This document shows, piece after piece, positions 26,682-38,552 of a stretch of DNA of 64,000 nt. The stretch lies in the NCBI RefSeq assembly GCF_009914755.1, contig NC_060941.1; one strand, written 5' to 3'. The stretch is from the human T2T-CHM13v2.0 reference genome, Homo sapiens. The notes under the pieces are model-generated. The model was not told where the DNA came from and ran no database searches. It saw nothing but the letters and a program-made list of their open reading frames with translations. Numbering within the stretch: position 1 is the stretch's first letter; every line of letters starts with the position of its first letter. Made by a program: the position numbers and the translations under genes.

Positions 26682-27116
26682 CTAGGGACAGGGTGGCCAT
26701 CAGGCAAGGGGGGGTTCCCTGGTGGGGGAGATCTGTGCCTGTACCCCATTTCTACCAGGCCCACCTCCCACTGGGTGGTGCCTGGTCCTTCTTGGCCACC
26801 CCGGGGTCCAGCTGTGCACAGGAGGCAACAGCTGGGGAAGGCCAGGCAGAGAAATGCTCACCACACTCCTGACTTTCATCTGGGTCATGTGGGGAGTGGT
26901 CTCAGTGTCATCATGTCTTGCCCAGCCCACCAGGCCAGACCCCCCATCAGGACAGAGCAGAGAGTCATAGGGACAGTGTGAGGATGCTTCCGCATCTGAC
27001 CAAGTATACAGTGTTTGTATGTGATTAAAGTTAAGTGGTTATCCACTGAAAACTGATGACTATGAAGTGTAAGAACTTTTATGCAAGCCTCATGGTAACC
27101 ATAAAGAAAAACTTTC

Positions 27117-27419
27117 GGCCAGGCGTGGTGGCTCATGCCTGTAGTCCCAGCACGTTGGGAGGCCAAGGCAGGTGGATCACGAGGTCAGGAGTTCAAGACC
27201 AGCCTGGCCAAGATGGTTAAACCCTGTCTCTACTAAAAATACAAAAATTAACTGGGCGTGGTGGCGGGCACCTGTAATCCCAGCTACTCAGGAGGCTGAG
27301 GCAGAGAATTGCTTGAACCCACAAGGCAGATGTTGCAGTGAGCCGAGATTGTACCACTCCACTTCAGCCTGGGTGACAGAGCGAGACTTTGCCTCAAAAA
27401 AAAAAAAAAAAAAAAAAAA
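27117..27419 (+). mobile_element. AluS
   Basis: Full dimer, long A-tail. Confidence 0.95.
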
Positions 27420-27915
27420 CTTTTCACTAGATACAAAAAAGAAAGAGAAATCATTCTATATATATCACTAAAAACAAAAAATCAAATCACAAAGGAAGAT
27501 AGAAAGCAGGAAGTGAGGGAAAAAAATTGCTGAACAGAACATCATTAACCAAGTGGCAATAGTAAGTCTTAAGTATAAATAATTACTTTACATGCAAATA
27601 GATCAAATGCATCAACAGATTGTTCAAAAAGATAGAAAACGAAGGTCCAATGATATGCTGTCAACAACACTCACCTTAGACTTAGTAGAAGGAAATAAAT
27701 AAAAAGATTAGAGCAAAAATAAATAAAGCAAAAATAAAGTTGTATACTTTAAATACACACAAGGTTTGTCAACTATACCTCAATAAAGCTGTAAAAAGAA
27801 AAAGAAAAAATGGTGCAAAATTTTATTCGTGCAAGAAGAATAAGTTCTAGATACCTATTATACAACATAGGTCCTACAGTAAATTTTACAGTACTTTATA
27901 CTTAAAAAACTTGCA

Positions 27916-28236
<321 letters not shown>

Positions 28237-30042
28237 TTATGTTGTGTTTTTATCACATAAAATAATAATAAATAAGAGCACCAGGGAAAATTTTGGAGTT
28301 ATTGGATATGTTTACAGAATAGACTGTGTTGATGGTTTTACAGATACATACTTATCTCTAAAACTATCCAACTTACATATTAAATATTTACTGCTTTTTG
28401 TAAGTCAATCCTTCCATAAACTCATTTTGTAAAAGGCAGATAAGTAACAGAAGGAAAAATAGAAACAAAGAACAGGTGCATGAATAGAACACGGTTAACA
28501 AATATGGTTTATTATTAATCCAATTATGCCAATAACTAATCAATGGTCTAAATTCATCTCTTAAAAGACAGATGCAGAGTGAATCAAAGAACAAAATGCA
28601 ACTGTATGGCATCTTCAAGAAACACTCTTTAAATATAAATACACATATAGTTTAAAAGTCAAGGTATACAGAAAGATACACTATACTAAGACTAATAAAA
28701 ATAAAAGCTTGTTTTGAGACAGAGGGGACTTTAGAACAAGGGAATTCATCAGGGATAAACAGGAACATTTGTTAATTTTAAAAGGGTCAATTTTTCAATC
28801 ACGGATATCAATGTACACATATATGCCTCAATGTATATGCCCAATGACAGAGCATCAAAACACAAGGCAAAAACTGATAGAACTGCAAAGAGAACTAGAT
28901 ACATCCAGTATTTTAGTTGAAGATTTTAATACCTTCGATCAGTAATAGGCAGACATGGCAGACAGAAAAATCAGGACTATCCTAGTTGAACTCCCCCAGC
29001 ATGGTTAATCAACTGAATATAATAGATGTCTATAGAATACTTCCACCCAGCAACAGAATAAGGGAAGGTTTACCAGGATACACCACATTCTAGGCCATAA
29101 AATATACATTGAACAATGCAAAAAAATTAGAAATCACAAAACATATGTTCTATGTTTTCATACCCAGTGGAATCAAACTAGAAATCAGTTAACAGAAAGA
29201 TCTGGAAAATCCCAAGATACATGGAGATTTGAAACATATGCTTGTAAGTAAAGTATGGGTCAAAGAAGACAACACAAGATAAATTAAAATTAGAAATAGT
29301 GTGAGGGTCTCTCATAGGGGGGCATATTGTGATGGTAAGACAGAAATCAGTGGCATCCTTGAAACGGTTGCTGGGAACTGAACTGCACCATCAGCAGAGA
29401 GGGCATAGTAGGTCCATTGGTGGCTGACCTATTAGAGGAGATACTGCGAGTGAGGTGCAGCTGCAGACTTGAGGCAGACTCACCAATGGTGAGGGAAGAG
29501 CAGCGAATGAGTCATAACCAGGGTCTGACCGTAAGGTGGCAGGATGTCAGCAAAGGCATGACTGGTGAGCTAAAAGGCCGGCTACTGGGTGGTGTCTGAA
29601 ATGACCCTGTGATAAAAACTGTCCATGACCTGAGTGCCGAGTAATTGGTGAATAGGCCTGCAGAAGACACAATTATGTGAGGGACTTTGGGAAACCTGGG
29701 ACAGCAAAAGCCACGGCACACTGAGGCTTGGAAAAATGGTTCCATGGGGATGTAAAAGGAGTTGAAAGGTCGGGGTGGTAGTAGGCTTGGAGTTGCTGCA
29801 TTGTGAGCAATGGCAGGCTAGAATGGGACAGGACCAAGAGGACTCAGAACTAAGCAGTAAGGTCTAAACACACTGTGTGTGCTGGAGGTGATGTCATAGG
29901 CACAAAAGCTTGATCCTGGAGGTGGCCCAATCAACCCTAAGTTTTGGATCCTTTCCATCCTGAATGGCTGCGAAGCACAACTGAGATGCCAAGTGTTTCT
30001 AGGAGGCACAGGCTGTAGAAACAGTGATAAGGGTGGCCTAAG

Positions 30043-30437
30043 AGTTAAACTCAATGGGGCCTGAGGCTGCCTCCATACCTTGAGTCTCTACGTATGGAGC
30101 TGCAACATAACTTAGCATGGAAAGAAACCTGAAGCCTAACTTAAGAGTGTATTTTTGTAACAAATAGCTGAGTCCCAACCAACAAAAGCAGCTGAGATTC
30201 AGCCAATCATAGGCTGCCAACATATCAAATCATGCCTAATAAATGCAAATGCAAAGCCATAACTGGTCTAGCTGTTTGTGGACCTCACTTATATTTTCCG
30301 TCTATAAATGCTCCCTCCTGCACAAGCTTTGGAGCAGAGCACTGACCTCTTCTGGTCCTGAAGGCTGCCTGATTTGTGAATAATTCTCTACTCAATTAAA
30401 ATCTGTGAAATTTAATTTGTCTAAAGTTTTAAATACA
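30043..30437 (+). mobile_element. MER57-family ERV1 solo LTR nested in the ERVL env-like region
   Basis: gttaaa start, gctgcctcc, gtaacaaatagctgagtc, cagccaatca, ggctgcctgatt...ctcaattaaaatctgtgaaatttaatttgtctaaag...aca end match recalled MER57 consensus. Confidence 0.75.
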
Positions 30438-33400
30438 TCAGTAAAGGTCTTGCTGGATAGGAATGTAGTCATGGTTGGTGGGTCAGTGTGTGGCCATCCT
30501 GGGTGCACGACAGGGATGGTTACAATGAGAGAGTCTTCCAGCAGGTGGAAAAATCAGTATGTGATCTGGAAAGGCATGAACTAGTCTCCAGGGGGTACAA
30601 GGCATAGAAGCTTCATGGGCATGAGGTAGTTCCTGGAAGATTGGAAAGATCTGAGTGGGCTCAAGGACTAGATGAGTGTCACGAAAGCGCTAGCCTGTAA
30701 AGTTGTCACAGCAATAGAGGGGTCCAAAGAAAAGCTAAGAAAAAAAGGTGAGGAGGTGTTTATGGAAGCTGATCCAGAAGGGAAGCTTGCTATGTGTTAG
30801 AAAAAAGCAGACTTCTTACAAGCGAAAGTGGCCTGTGACACAGAAGGCTGCCTGTGGTCAATCAGGCAGTGATATTAGTCAGTAGCATTGTCACATAGCA
30901 AGATGGCAGAGTCCACGGGATAGGAGTCAATTAGCAGTGAAGTCCCAGCTTCCACTTCTCATGAGGAAAGATGTGAGTGCCAGAGAGAAGGTGTCATGAG
31001 GCCGATGTTGCAACTAATTGTTGGAATTCTGGCAATCTAGCAGTGGAGGCACTGCATGGTGAAAAATCAAAGTGAGAAAAGGGGGTCAAATCTGGAGTGA
31101 CTCTTGTAGGCAGCACAGTCAGAATCAGTCAGTGTAATGACAATGGGACCCTGAGTCAGCCCAGTCCAGAAGCAGCATAAGAAGTTGGGTCCCCAGGAGG
31201 TGAACTGGGTCCAGTGGATGGCCTCTGCCTGAGGCACCATTCAAGAGTTCCTAGTTGGGGCTGTAAGTGGAAGCACAGCTCACAGGCTTGCTGACAGTAG
31301 TAGTAGTAGCAGTGGTAGGAACAGAAGTCAGGGCACTCCTTCCAACACTGGAGATGCTAATCAAATGGCATTTTAACAGTATGAGCAGGGTCTTGTCCTC
31401 ACTATCAGGTGTATTTTTGGTACAAATGACCCCGGGGGTGCTTATTGGCACTGGAGGGGCAGTTTCAGGTCTGAGGTTTGTGGCAGACAACGTGGAGTTA
31501 GTAGTAAGCAGGCCATACAGTAGAGGACATCAACAGGGAGGCTCCCAGTCCAGAGCATTGCATGGCAGTCATCCTCAGGAGGTTTGCCCAGGATATAGAG
31601 ATGAGGCCCTGAATGAGAAGCACTAACATAAAGCAAAAGCAGCAGTGGCAATAACCAGGATGGGGTATGTCTGTCTGTAGGCCAGAAATGTGATTCAGCC
31701 CAAGTTACCTTATCGCTAGAAACCTAAAGGGGGTGATGTGCTTCCCAGGGCATCTGCCAGGACATTTTTCTAGTCTGCCAGCTGTCAGCTCACTCTCATG
31801 CAGGGTTGATTCTGCAGTCGGGTTCCAGAACCCCCAGTGGGACAGCGAGGTGGTGGTGGCTGCCATGTCTCAAAGTGGGATCAAATACAGGGTGGTTGGT
31901 GGCACACCCATCCCTATAACAGTAACTGGACAGGGAGAGGTGAGGAGACCCTGAGATGCCAATGCCCATGGTGGGTGGCCCTGAGGTATGGATAGCATCC
32001 CTGAGAAGACAGGTAAGTGGAAAACATGATTCAAGGATTCCTTTCCTAGGGCCAGGACAAGGGCTGTGGTAGCATCAAAGTCCAGTTAACCCACAATGGG
32101 GTGGCAGGTTGGCCTAAAGAACCATGCAGAAAGACTGAAAGGCGGGTTTGCCTCCTGGGTGTGGAGATGAGTAGTGGCAGCAGTGGGCAGCTGTTAATAT
32201 GGGCCAGCACCAGGGGCAGACATTAGTGCCAAGAAGGAGTCAAGTGGCCAATGTGTTTACAAAGAAGGGATGTTTTTCCAACAGCCCACACATTCTCTCC
32301 ATTAGCCCACTGCAGTCTTCTGGTATGGAAGGTGAAATGCCCAGGTGAATGCCATTCCCCAGTGCCCACTGTTGGGTGACCTCAATTGTAGAATGGGTAC
32401 CTTGGTTGGACTGAATGACATGGGGGTTCCACAAAGGGGTCAGGACTGAGGTAGGAAGAAGACCTTCTGGGCTGTCAACATCAACAGAAAAGCAAGGAGC
32501 AGGCTAGAGTTAGTGTCAACAATAGTGAGCATAGCTGGTGAGGCCTGCTCCTTGCTGGAGTAGGCCAATAAAATCGACTTGCCACTTGGCATGTGGGTAG
32601 TCACCTCTCCAAATGTGACTAAGGGAGAAAAAAGAGTGATGTCTCATCAGCAGAGCAGCCAGTCTTGGACGGCCCAAGCAAATGAGCTGGATGGGACAAG
32701 GAAGCCCCATATGTAAATCCAAGTTAACAGTCAGGCCTAGCTTAGATGTCCCAAAGTCAGGTGTGCCCAGGAGGTCCAGCCGGTCCAAGTACCACAGTCT
32801 CAGCTATAAGGGTAGAGATGTGGGTAAGGCAGTCTGCCTTTTGGTTATATTGAGAGGCAGCATCTTGGTGACTGCTGTGAGCTGACACATGGTGAACAAG
32901 TGGCACAATTATTAAGTATCAGCAATGTACCCCCAAAGGGAAGCAACCCCACCCCAGTGCCTGATCATGGTCATCCAGTGTGATGCCACCCACAGCCATC
33001 AGCAAAGGCCCCAGAATTGGTGAAGATGTGGATTTCAGGATGGCCTTGGATGGTAGAATCAGGACAATGGCTGTAGTTTCTGCCCACTGAGCTGAATGAC
33101 CCTTCCTCTGCAGCTGGAAGGGGGTGTCTGAAGCAGAAGGACGGCTAGTAGCTACCCAGATGGCACCTCTGCATGCCCCATCAGTGAAGCAGGCATACCC
33201 CTGCTGCAACAATGTGATGGCCCCCCAGCTGGTGGAAGGGCCCCAACTAACCAAAGGCTGAGTGGTAGCTGTTTATTGGAGATCTTCCTCAGGCACACTG
33301 GAGGAGCAGAGACTGAAATCCTCATGAGGCACTGAAACTCCTAAGCGTTCGGGCTTGGCTCAGTCCCGTGACTACCATTTCTACTTGGCAAGAAATGGTC

Positions 33401-33930
33401 GGTGGTGGTGCCCAGTTTGCAAAGATGAGGATCCCAAATCCAAGGCACAATGGGGATCTATTTTTAACGTGATGGGCTTGGATCCTGTCAGTGTCCATCT
33501 CAGAGAGGGCTAGGTAAGCTGCAGCCAGCTGTCCCAAGAGAGTCAAACACATTAAACACAGGATTTATGCCAAAAGCCCACTGGAAGAAGAGACCTTGAT
33601 TGGGTAATCTAAAGCCTCTATGTGTCAAAAAGCGATGTTCTTGAAACCTAAAGCCTACATCTGCAAATCCTTCCTCCAGAGGACCAATAGAAGAGCCTCC
33701 TGGACTGCCTGCTGGTCAACCCTTAAAGCTTCTTCTGGAGAAGGGCCTGAGTGAAGGTGGATGTCTCATAGGTGACCTGAAAAATTGAACTTACTGGAGG
33801 TTTGGCATATGTTTTCTCCAGAAGCCAAAAATACCAGCGATGCCCTGGGTCTTCTTGGTGGAGATGGGAAACCCTGAGGGTGACGAGCCTGAGGCTGACT
33901 GGTTGTAGATTTTGTCTGCCTTCCTTACTC

Positions 33931-34913
33931 TAAATATAGCCTCACAATTTGGACTCGGTGGGGAAAGGATGGGAGCAGGGTGAGGGATAAGAGACTACTA
34001 CACGTTGGGTACAGTATAGACTCTTCAGGCGATGGGTGCACCAAAATCTCAGAAATCACCACTAAAGAACTTATTCATGTAACCAAACACCACCTGTTCC
34101 CCAAAAACCTACTAAAATTTTAAAAAAGTAACAATAGCTTAACGATGTTGAAAAGAATATAAGAATATAATTTGTCTTTCCTGATATAATTACATTTTCA
34201 ATTTTATTAATTTAAGGGAGTATATTTGGCAATTCAGAAAGATCAAGGGATGAGTACTCTTTAGATTTTTAAAAGGAAACATCAATTAGAATCATTTTGT
34301 TTTGCCATAAATAATGTCATATGCTATTTAGTATGCTGGAAATTTTTCTTCTATTGTTTGACAAAAATCAAAGATTTATTCCAAAAACTAATTTTCTCAA
34401 CATCAAAATTTATAATATGAGTAAATTATAATTTTAAAATTTTCCCTTAGAAATTCATGCATTCACAATGTTGATCTCCAGAACAAGGATTGAATACATT
34501 AGTCAGACGTCAGTTTCTTGATGTTTTGAATAATATAGTCTGGCAATTTCTTCTGTTTCTTAGCCTTCTGTATATAATACTTGGATATTGTCCTTATTAT
34601 TGAAATGCAAATTTATTGAAAGGATACTAGCATGTCCACCGAGATTTATAGTGTATCAGTTTTGGAAAAATCCCATCCCATTATATGAAACTGTACTGAA
34701 ATAAGAGCAAAACATTTGCAAACCATATAGCTTCAAGTAATTAGTGACTTGTTCAGGCCTGCCCCTTAAATTTTTGTTTTTGGAAGAAATCAATGAGTAC
34801 AGACTGTTGAATTTGGATACTCCACATTTAAACAATGCCAGTTTAAATTCCATTCTTCTTATAAAACTAACATTTTACATCCAAAAAAATAAGTAAATAT
34901 AGCCCCACAATTT
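33931..34913 (+). mobile_element. 5'-truncated L1PB-type 3' end plus ~750-bp 3'-transduced sequence, flanked by 20-bp TSD
   Basis: TSD taaatatagcc[t/c]cacaattt at 33931-33950 and 34894-34913; L1PB-like 3' UTR 33951-~34127; AT-rich non-L1 DNA to a short A-tail at 34883-34892. Confidence 0.8.
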
Positions 34914-35855
34914 GATGGAAATGGCAGGCTGTTGTATCATGTGGGACGATGGCTCATCCCCATTGAGTTGTGTGGTTAGTTGTCAATATGAGGGCCCATT
35001 GAACCTCTCCCTCTTTGTTATCGGGCAGAAGGACATTATCCACATAGTGCCACAAGTGGACATCAGGTGGCAGTCAGAGGGTAGCTAGATCTAGTCAATG
35101 CAACCTTGAGCCAGCAGAGGATTGTTGAGGTAGTCCATCAGATGCCTCCTAACGGTGTACTGTCAGCCTTCAAATCTGAAGGTGAACTGCACCTGATCTT
35201 CTTCACAATAGACACAATAGAACATGTTTGCCAGGTCAGTAACAAAACCAAGAGGGAGAAGCATTCTGAACTTCTTCCAAGACAATGACAATGCTGGGTA
35301 AGGGGACTCTAAAAGGAAGTACAGCCTTGTTGAGGTTGCGGTTTTTAGCAATGAGCCTTCATTCCTTTCCCTGGCCTTGAGAAAGGGCCATTGGTGAGTT
35401 AAAAGGTGAGATGGTGGGTTTCAGAACACAAGCTCTATTAACTGGGCAGATCCCCTCTGTGCCTTCCTTGGGTGATATTATGAGGTACTGACCACCTGGA
35501 GGAGTCTGGGGAGCTGTAAAGGTTCTCAGTAGGCATGACCTACTTCCGTGCAAAGAACTTGGTGGGGTGAGACCTTCAGTTAGGGAACTGAAGTGCCAGA
35601 ACGTCCAGGCCAATGATAGGAAATGGTCACTGAGAGACGGGCAGGAGAAACACTGGTGCTCATGGGAGAAGGATGAGTCCTACCTTAACAGTGAGCATGG
35701 CAGGCATCCTAAGGGCTCATCTTCCTCTCAGTCCATCAACGGGCACAGGAAGGCTGGTGCACTGCATGGGCAAAGCAGAGATAAGAATGACCCATTATCC
35801 AGTGTGTAATAAGACTATACACGTCTACAGGTTTGACCACCAGACTTGGATGTGA

Positions 35856-36110
35856 TAATCTGATTGACACAGGAAAAAAAGCATTTGGCTAAATCCATCA
35901 TATGATTAAAACCCTAACCAAACTAGAAATTGAAGAGTACTTCCACAATCTGGTCAAGGGCATCTAAGAAAACCTACAATAAACATCCTAAACTAAGTTA
36001 GTGGGTAAAGAATGTTTACTCCATAAGATTGGGAACAATACATGAGTAATCACTTTGACCACTTCCATCAACATTCTACTGAAGGATTTTGCTCAAGAAA
36101 TAATGCTAGG
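35856..36110 (+). mobile_element. Old L1M ORF2 fragment
   Basis: aaaagcatttg..aaatcca, aatctggtcaagggcatcta.gaaaacctaca. Confidence 0.7.
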
Positions 36111-36149
36111 AAAAAAATCAGCCAATGGCTCTTCAAAACACTTAACGTG

Positions 36150-36960
36150 GAAAGGACACCCTATTCACTAAGTGGTTCTGGGAATAGTGGCTGACCATAT
36201 GCATAAGAACGAAACTGGACCCCTCTCACTCACCTGTACAAAAATTAACTCAAGATGGATTAAAGGCCTAAATGTAAGACCTAAAACTATAAAGATCCTG
36301 GGAGAAAACCTGGGAAAACTCTTCCAGACACGGGAATGCTCATACATTGTTGGTGGGTATGTCAATTAGTTCAACTTCTATGGAAAAAGTAGGGAGGTAT
36401 CTCAAAGAACTAAAAGTACAACTACCTTTCCACCCAGCAATCCCACTACTGGGTATCTACCCAAAGGGAAAGAAATCATTATATAAAAAGGCACTGCACT
36501 CCCATGTTTATCGCAACATAACTTACAACAGCAAGGTCATGGAACCAAGGTAAGTATCCACCAACGGTTCATTAAATAAAGAAAATGTGGTGCATATACA
36601 CCATAAAGTACTAGGCAGTCATAAAAAAGAACAAAATCATGTCCTTTGCAGTAACACAGATGCAGCTGAAGGTCATTATCCTACGTGAATTAATGCAGAA
36701 ACAGCCAAATATTGCATGTTCTCGTGTATCAAGTGGGAACAATGGGTACACATGGACATGAAGATGGAGAGAATATACTCTGGGGACTCAAAAAGTTGGG
36801 GGGAAGAGTTGAAAACGTACCTACTGGGTACAACCTCCAATATTTTTGGGTGATGGGTATGCTAGAAGTTCAACCCCCCCATTGTGCATGTGATATACAT
36901 ATAACAAACAAGCACATGTACCTTCTGAATCTAAAATAAAATAGAAAAAGAAAAAAGCCA
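36150..36960 (+). mobile_element. L1PB/L1MA-type 3' fragment with internal deletion and A-tail
   Basis: aaaattaactcaagatggattaaag, cccagcaatcccactactgggtatctacccaaagg, catgtacc..ctgaatctaaaataaaa. Confidence 0.85.
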
Positions 36961-37285
36961 AAGAAAAACATCCCGGGAATCCAGGGAGCAGCGGCTACTG
37001 CCTCCACTGCTCACTGCAGCCCGCAGGTTCCACGCCGGCAGCTCCTGCCTGCGGGCAGTGGAGCTGCGGAGAATGGCGGGATGGGTCTAGGTGCCAGGGC
37101 CAGAGCCCAGGAGGGGCGCTGGGTGGGGGCCTGGTCGGCCTCTGCCTTGCACCGGAGCAGGGGTGCCTGGTGAAACAGGCAACCTGATGCTCTCTGGGCC
37201 CTGCCCACGTTCCCCTTCCATCCACCCTCCTTTGCATCTTTCTGTGCCTGGGGCCCCCATAGAAAGCGGTCACATCCAGACTCAC

Positions 37286-37465
37286 CAGGCCTGAGATGCT
37301 GGAGGATGGAGAAGCGCTTGCCACGGGAAAATTCCTCCAGGAACACATGAACAAAACTTCGCCTGCACCTGGGACATCCTTCTGTACGGCTGGCCTACGA
37401 GGCAAGTGTTCTGCACATGCTCCGTAGCTAACTCCAATGCAGAGGAGCACATGAGCCCAACCTCC
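37286..37465 (-). ncRNA. Putative non-coding first exon (leftward transcript, same strand as TBC pseudogene)
   Basis: Canonical TATAAAAG at 37498-37491, donor CTG|GTGAGT at 37286/37285; homologous to the rightward exon. Confidence 0.35.
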
Positions 37466-37744
37466 ATGGCAGGTGCAGATCTTTGCCTCCCTTTTATAAT
37501 GTCTGTATTCAAATGACATATCCTGGAAGCCTCTTTCTGATAGGATGAGAGCAGACTCTGTACTACAACACAGATTGGATAAGTCTCCAACTCTGATTAG
37601 TTAAGATTATCCAGTCAGAGCAGGAGACTATTATCCAATAAGAGTTGCCAAAAAAAGTTCCTTCTCACCCAATCAGAACCAAGCTTCCAAGATACAGCGG
37701 TTGAGTACAGCCACTGTAAAAGGGAGGCGAAGGCCCATTCTGCC

Positions 37745-37942
37745 ATTTTCTCTTCGTGGAGGTTGGGCTCGCGTGCTGCTCTGCGCTGTGGTCGTCATGG
37801 ACCGGAAGCGTGTGCGGCGCGCCTGCCTTGAGGCCAGCAGCAGGGAAGGGTGTTCCCAGGTGCAGAGGAAGTGTCCTTCACGTGTTCCTGGAGGACTTTC
37901 GGTTAGCAAGCACTTCTCCATTCTCCCAACGTCTCGGGCCTG
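37745..37942 (+). ncRNA. Putative non-coding first exon (rightward transcript)
   Basis: Starts ~25-30 nt after TATA-like box, GCCATTTT (YY1/Inr-like) at ~37742, CCGGAAG ETS motif at ~37802, strong donor at 37943. No transcript evidence available. Confidence 0.4.
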
Positions 37943-38482
37943 GTGAGTCTGGATGTGAGCGCATCCCACGGGGCCCAAGGCACAGAGAGAGAGAGAGGAA
38001 CGGGGTGGAGGGAGGGAAGCGTGTGCAGGGGCCAGGAGCGCCAGGGTTCGGGCTTCTCGGCCCGCCCTCCTGCTGCTGGCGCTGTCACCTCCCTGTGGTC
38101 CTGCCTTCTGGGTCCCTGAGGGCCTCCCGTCATCTGGAACTGGAAATAAGTTAGTGAAGCCACGGTTTGTGAATATTTATTGGCCTTTGCGTCTTTGTCT
38201 TCATTTTCAGTGCTGGTTTTTCTGTTGGGTTATTTGTGTTCTTACGTTGATTTGAAGAATTTAAAAAGGTATTCTATAAATTAATCCTTTATGGGGTCAT
38301 TTCTAGTGCAGATAGTTGTTTCTTGTTTTAGTCTGGTCGTTGTACCTTAATTTTATTTCACATTTCTTTCTTGCTAAAATCAATAAGAATCTAATTGATT
38401 TTATAGATTGATTTTGTATCGTGTTACCTGGCTTAATTCACATATTCATAGCCATCATTTTTGGATTGTGGTGGGTTTTTCA

Positions 38483-38552
38483 TGTACTTATGTACCTGTA
38501 GTTATGTACTTATGTATTTAAATACTTACGTACTTAAATACTTATGTACTTA
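38483..38552. repeat. Degenerate TACTTATG-type short tandem repeat
   Basis: tgtacttatg / atacttacg / atacttatg units. Confidence 0.7.

Larger units (their letters stand above)
22560..26990 (-). pseudogene. Unprocessed, 5'-truncated pseudogene fragment of the TBC1D3/TBC1D26-29/USP6 family (3' exons and UTR only; most of the TBC Rab-GAP domain missing)
   Basis: Minus-strand translations resemble recalled TBC1D3/USP6/TBC1D29 C-terminal peptides in collinear order: HLMKLSW...EDNTVLRNLQTSMKELTGKHWGLPPR (cf. RLTKTS...[26 protein letters not shown]), SQGDKRISV (cf. TBC1D29 SRGDKGISV), LCEGDRLALPTPPAQ (cf. LCKGDRQAPPGPPAR), VSHEDRLATCGQAAH / RLRSAFTA / SDQGTPFTVRGMQQ (cf. ISQEDQLAPCWQAEH / RVRSAFAA / SDQGTPFRARDEQQ). 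Stops and frameshifts present; AATAAA on minus strand at 22565-22570; cut off by L1 near 26990. Confidence 0.85.
29300..35855 (-). mobile_element. Decayed class III (ERVL-type) endogenous retrovirus internal region: protease, RT, RNase H, integrase, env-like; no LTRs retained
   Basis: Minus-strand motifs: VLLHTG/IIGLDVL (protease), PFNSP, VTDLANMFYCV..QFTFRFEG and HYVDNVLL (RT; degenerate YIDD), CFTDGAC..HSAQWAE (RNase H), WQVDFIG and IQSNQGTH (integrase); many stops and frameshifts. Confidence 0.85.
37180..38046. promoter_or_regulatory. Imperfect palindrome forming a mirror-image bidirectional promoter / first-exon pair
   Basis: Arms align as reverse complements around 37605/37606; CCAAT (ATTGG 37574-37578; CCAAT 37635 and ~37669), TATAAAAGGGAGGC on minus (TATA at 37491-37498) vs TGTAAAAGGGAGGC on plus (37715-37728), and GCCTG|GTGAGTCTGGATGTGA donors at 37286/37285 (minus) and 37942/37943 (plus). 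Locally CpG-rich. Confidence 0.8.

Noticed and set aside
25900-26700. 266-aa minus-strand ORF as a real CDS
   Set aside because: Only the 150-nt exon and a short later segment are TBC-family-like; the ORF reads through intronic sequence, and the spliced frame stops at 25568-25570.
22560-26990. Assigning a specific symbol (TBC1D27P, TBC1D29P, TBC1D3P#) or chromosomal coordinate
   Set aside because: Paralogues cannot be distinguished from memory and no flanking gene exons are recognisable in the window.
37290-37950. snoRNA/snRNA/7SL gene pair
   Set aside because: No C/D or H/ACA boxes, Sm site or Pol III terminator; splice donors favour Pol II exons.
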